Assembly (NCBI GenBank): GCA_049968255.1
Contig: JBMFRB010000001.1
Coordinates: forward strand, 32,001-96,000
Direction of reading: 5' to 3'
Length of the DNA stretch: 64,000 nt
Origin: Candidatus Sumerlaeaceae bacterium
GTDB taxonomy: Bacteria; Sumerlaeota; Sumerlaeia; Sumerlaeales; Sumerlaeaceae
Both the position numbers and the translations under genes were made by a program. Below the pieces are notes generated by a model. That model did not search any database. It was not told the origin of the DNA and was given only the letters and a program-made list of their open reading frames with translations. This document shows, in pieces, positions 60,233 to 64,000 of the stretch; position 1 is the stretch's first letter, and each line of letters starts with the position of its first letter.

Positions 60233-61297
60233 ATGGAATTCAAACCTCTGATCAAGGGTTGTGAGGTAAAAGTTGACGAAGAGACTTTGTCTCCGACGTT
60301 TGGTCGATTTATTGCGGGCCCATTTGAGCGCGGTTTTGGAACCACAATCGGCAACTCGCTGCGGCGCATCCTCTTGAGCTCGATTCCGGGCGCAGCCATT
60401 GTGGCCGTAACGATCGCCGGAAAACCGCATGAGTTCGACGTGATCGAGGGCGTAAAAGAAGATATCCTCGACATCCTGCTCAACCTGAAGAACGTGCGCC
60501 TAAAAATGTTGCGCTCAAAAGGCGACACCGTGCTGCGGCTACAAGCAAATGGGCCCCGCGGTGAAAGTTCAGGCCCAAACATGATCACCGCCGGAGACTT
60601 TGCACCTAACTCGGATGTGGAGATTGTGAACCCGGAGCAACCTATTGCTACGCTTAGCAAGGGTGCTCATCTCGAAATGGAATGCCACGTGCGGATCGGA
60701 CGTGGTTACGTGAGTTCCCAGGATATCAAGCAAGAATATCCCGAGCTGGCGAAGTTCGGAACCATTATCCTAGATGCCGCATTCTCCCCCATCCTCAATG
60801 TGCGCTATGTGGTGGAAGCGGCTCGTTATGCTCGGCGCACCGACTACGATAAGTTGATTTTGGAAATTACGACCAACGGAACCGTGAAACCGCAAGATGC
60901 ATTGAGCTGCGCGGCAAAACTGCTGAAGGACCACATGTCGTACTTCATTACTTCGGAAGACGAAGCAGCCGAGCGAGCAGCCGAGGAAGAAGAAAAGCAG
61001 ATCGAAGAGGCCATCCGCGAGTTGCAAGAAAAACTCGACAAATCCATCGAGGAGCTCGAGCTTAGCGTCCGCAGCTATAACTGCCTCGAACACGCGGGCA
61101 TCAAGACCATTCGCGATCTCATCCAGAAGACCGAAAGTGAAATGCTCAAATACCGGAATTTCGGTCGAAAATCTCTCAACGAGATCAAGAGCATTCTCAA
61201 GGAGATGGGGTTGCGGTTTAACATGGAAATTGACCCTGAGACTGGGCTGCCCTTGGGGATATTTCCCTCTGAAAAGCTCGAAGCTTTGAAGAAATAA
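60233..61297 (+). CDS. rpoA: RNA polymerase subunit alpha
   Basis: ERGFGTTIGNSLRRILLSS, ELELSVRSYNCL, NFGRKSL. Confidence 0.98.
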   Translation: MEFKPLIKGCEVKVDEETLSPTFGRFIAGPFERGFGTTIGNSLRRILLSSIPGAAIVAVTIAGKPHEFDVIEGVKEDILDILLNLKNVRLKMLRSKGDTVLRLQANGPRGESSGPNMITAGDFAPNSDVEIVNPEQPIATLSKGAHLEMECHVRIGRGYVSSQDIKQEYPELAKFGTIILDAAFSPILNVRYVVEAARYARRTDYDKLILEITTNGTVKPQDALSCAAKLLKDHMSYFITSEDEAAERAAEEEEKQIEEAIRELQEKLDKSIEELELSVRSYNCLEHAGIKTIRDLIQKTESEMLKYRNFGRKSLNEIKSILKEMGLRFNMEIDPETGLPLGIFPSEKLEALKK

Positions 61298-61319
61298 CTG
61301 GAGTTAGGGAAAGACTGCC

Positions 61320-61796
61320 ATGCGACATAGACGTCATCGTTCGAGACTCAACCGCACAACAGAACACCGCAAAGCGTTGATGCGTAACTTAGCTATTGCG
61401 CTGATTCAGCACGAGATCATCAGAACGACCGAGGCGAAAGCGAAGCAGCTTCGTCAATTCGTTGAGCGGCTGGTGACGATCGCCAAAGACGGCGTGAAGG
61501 CTGCTGATCCGGCTGGCGTGACCCTGGCCAAGCGGCGCCTTGCATTTTCCTACCTGCAACACAAGGAGGCTGTGAAGCGCCTTTTTGAGACGATCGCCCC
61601 ACGTTGCTTGGAGAGGCCGGGCGGATACACGCGTGTCGTGAAATGTGGGCGTCGGATGGGTGATGGTGCCCCGATGGCCTACATTGAGTTTGTGGATCGT
61701 CCTGTCGTTATTCCGGAGTTGGACGAACCCAAAAAGGGACGCGCGCGTCGACGGCGCGAGAAAGAAGCTGCTCAGGCAGCTAGCGCTGAAGTCTAG
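61320..61796 (+). CDS. rplQ: 50S ribosomal protein L17
   Basis: MRHR..L.RTTEHRKAL.RN, TTEAKAK, RPGGYTR, GDGAPM. Confidence 0.97.
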   Translation: MRHRRHRSRLNRTTEHRKALMRNLAIALIQHEIIRTTEAKAKQLRQFVERLVTIAKDGVKAADPAGVTLAKRRLAFSYLQHKEAVKRLFETIAPRCLERPGGYTRVVKCGRRMGDGAPMAYIEFVDRPVVIPELDEPKKGRARRRREKEAAQAASAEV

Positions 61797-61863
61797 GTAG
61801 GGCGACGCGCGTCGGGATTTTCGCAACGCGGCTTGGACACGGAGTGAGCTTGCGCTTCGGAGC

Positions 61864-63999
61864 TTACTCCGTGTTTGTTATTTTGCGCATGCGGGTGCGG
61901 CCTGCTTTGGCCACCGGATTTTTGGCATCTATCTTGAGAACCATCTCGTAAGTTTCGAGCGCGCGTAGGGCAGCGCCACGTCCTTCGTAGGAACGGGCCA
62001 GTTCGATAAGGTCGGCAATTGCCTCGTGTTCGGGGGCGATCTGAAGAAGCGCGTTCACGTATTTACGAATGAGCTCCGGGCTCGAGTTATCTATCTCCCT
62101 GGCTTTGCGGTAGCACTCAATGGCACGGTCTACATCTCCAGCCTGATAGACGAGGTCTCCAAGTCGCACGAGATATTCATAGCGCTTGGCTGGCTCGAGG
62201 TGCGCGGCCTCGAGTTTTGCCGAGAGCGATTCGATCGTTTCTGGTTCGTATTGCTTGGCCAAATTTTCCTGTTCGCGAGCTCGCTCCATCTCGCCGGAGC
62301 TACGGTAAAGCTCTGCAAGCACTAGCGCATTTGCAGCGGCCTCGGCGCGCTCCCTCACCGTCATCAGCAAATCGCTAAAAATTTCCCGTGTGGGGCGATG
62401 GTGCGGAACTAACTCCACGGTCCGCCGACATGCCGCCACTGCGCGCCAAGGATCGGTTTCGCGGCAGGCGCGTGCCAATTTATAAAAATGTTCGGCGGCA
62501 GCATCGGGATTGCTTGCACGGGCATAGGCTTCGGCTAGCGACTCGAGAACGTTAAGATCGGACGGATTAAGAGCATTTGCGTTGCCTAGCCATCGCACGG
62601 CGTCGGCATAATGGCCAGTGCTCATGCAGAGATCGGCAAGTTTGACCATCTCTGCTATCGCGCGACTGCGCTGGCCGGCGCTTTGCAAGAACTGAATGAA
62701 TCGCTCGCGCACCTCGCGCTGACGCCGATCTATGGAAATAATTCGCTCGAAGGTCCGCGTGGCCTCTTGGAACTGACCTTTCTTGATATAGAGATCTGCC
62801 AGCCGCTGATACTCTGGCAGGACTTCTAGTTCGTTGCCTATCTGGGCAAAAAGTTCCAAATAGCGGCTCAAAAGGGTAGGATCGTCGGGTTCGAGAAGTG
62901 TCAGCTGGTGATAAACCTCTACAGCTTCTTCTACTTCTCCGCGCATCACGAGCAGATCAGCAAATTCTTGAAGCTGCTGCATTCGTGCTTCGCGTTCGCC
63001 AAGCACCTCGAGCAGCTCGATGAGTTGGCGACGCGGCTCAATCTCTTTGGGAGCAAGCTGAATGCGGCGTTTCAACACGCCGACCGCTTCGCGCAAGCGT
63101 TTTTGGTCGAGAAGCAGTTCAGACAGTCGTTCGAGGGCGGCCAGAGCCTCGACTTGGCGATTTGCCTTGGTGCAGAGCTCTGCCAGTGCTTCGTACGCCT
63201 CAATCCACTTTGGCCGTATTTCTGACGCCCGTTGGAGAAAATGAATGGCGCGATCGTAATGTTCGTGGGCTTCCGCCTCCTTGGCGCACTGCATAAAGAG
63301 GCGCCCAGCAATCTCAGTGGCTCGGTACGCAGCGAAAAGTTCAGCCAACCGCGCGCGAAACTCGGTTCCTGCGCACGTACCAGCAAGCGCCTTTTCTGCC
63401 ACCTCCCGCGCTTCCTCGATCTCGCCTTGCTCGAGTTTCGCCCTCACAATTTCGGCGTATTCTTCCTGAGCTCGTGGCAACTGTTCGAGTTCTTCGTAGA
63501 GTTTGGCCAATTGCAAACGCACATCAAGAAGCGTGGGATCTTCCGCGACAAGCTCGGCCAACATCGCTGCCGCCTTGTGTTTGTCGCCTAACTGGATGTA
63601 ACGCTCCGCCAGATCTCGTAGACGGAAGAGAACCTCTTCCGTTTTGCCAAGACGCCGAGCAATCTCGACACGGCACTCAAGCAACGTAAGATCCTCAGGA
63701 TCGATTTCGAGCCCCTCCCGGACGAGCTCTTCGGCTTTGGGCAAATTGCGACGGTTAAGGTAATAGTGCACGAGCCATACGATTTCGGGGAGGATTTCCG
63801 CGGGAATTCCGCAACGACGATAAACTTCGAGGGCCCGCTCGCGGATCGCGGGATCGGGTTCACCGTGTTCGAGAACTTTCTCAAGCACGCGGCATGCCTG
63901 CTCGGGCTCGCCATGGTCCACAAGCGCATTCGCAAGATGAACGAGGGCATCGCGCGCAACGTCTTCATTGCCGATCAGTGCTGAAAGGTCGGCAAGGCG
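61864..63999 (-). CDS. long tetratricopeptide-repeat protein, 5' end outside window
   Basis: Continuous TPR-like helical repeats; reading frame stays open from 63921 to the window edge. Confidence 0.88.
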   Translation of the reverse strand, partial: RLADLSALIGNEDVARDALVHLANALVDHGEPEQACRVLEKVLEHGEPDPAIRERALEVYRRCGIPAEILPEIVWLVHYYLNRRNLPKAEELVREGLEIDPEDLTLLECRVEIARRLGKTEEVLFRLRDLAERYIQLGDKHKAAAMLAELVAEDPTLLDVRLQLAKLYEELEQLPRAQEEYAEIVRAKLEQGEIEEAREVAEKALAGTCAGTEFRARLAELFAAYRATEIAGRLFMQCAKEAEAHEHYDRAIHFLQRASEIRPKWIEAYEALAELCTKANRQVEALAALERLSELLLDQKRLREAVGVLKRRIQLAPKEIEPRRQLIELLEVLGEREARMQQLQEFADLLVMRGEVEEAVEVYHQLTLLEPDDPTLLSRYLELFAQIGNELEVLPEYQRLADLYIKKGQFQEATRTFERIISIDRRQREVRERFIQFLQSAGQRSRAIAEMVKLADLCMSTGHYADAVRWLGNANALNPSDLNVLESLAEAYARASNPDAAAEHFYKLARACRETDPWRAVAACRRTVELVPHHRPTREIFSDLLMTVRERAEAAANALVLAELYRSSGEMERAREQENLAKQYEPETIESLSAKLEAAHLEPAKRYEYLVRLGDLVYQAGDVDRAIECYRKAREIDNSSPELIRKYVNALLQIAPEHEAIADLIELARSYEGRGAALRALETYEMVLKIDAKNPVAKAGRTRMRKITNTE

Positions 64000-64000
64000 C

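Overview
Gene-dense bacterial chromosomal window of a diderm (lpxB present) lineage, moderately GC-rich, with no integrase, transposase, CRISPR array or rRNA seen. The protein style reminds me of Ca. Sumerlaeota/BRC1, but I cannot verify that. Housekeeping content: trpC, rfbB, ogt, gatA, folK, TPP-riboswitch-thiC, lpxB, apt, recA, pheA, ribF, infA-rpmJ-rpsM-rpsK-(insert)-rpsD-rpoA-rplQ, tRNA-His, tRNA-Gln and SRP RNA. Envelope and secretion content: a thioester alpha-2-macroglobulin, a T2SS/T4P pilin-ATPase-platform operon, two GT-C glycosyltransferases, a two-component system and an S8 protease. Best candidate for an undescribed system: a 2.2-kaa exported protein (15316-21906) built like an AB toxin (signal peptide, Pol-beta-type nucleotidyltransferase motif, hydrophobic translocation-like helices, FecR-like, lectin and propeller domains) preceded by a membrane/PH-like partner gene. 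Other notable items: a subtilase with a circularly permuted jelly-roll insert and a C-terminal tail hidden by a one-base frameshift, a phage-free DnaD-like/DnaC-like pair, a tRNA-Gln with an A1-U72 pair, and structured RNA candidates before rpsM and after the dnaC-like gene. All domain calls come from reading motifs by eye; no searches were run.
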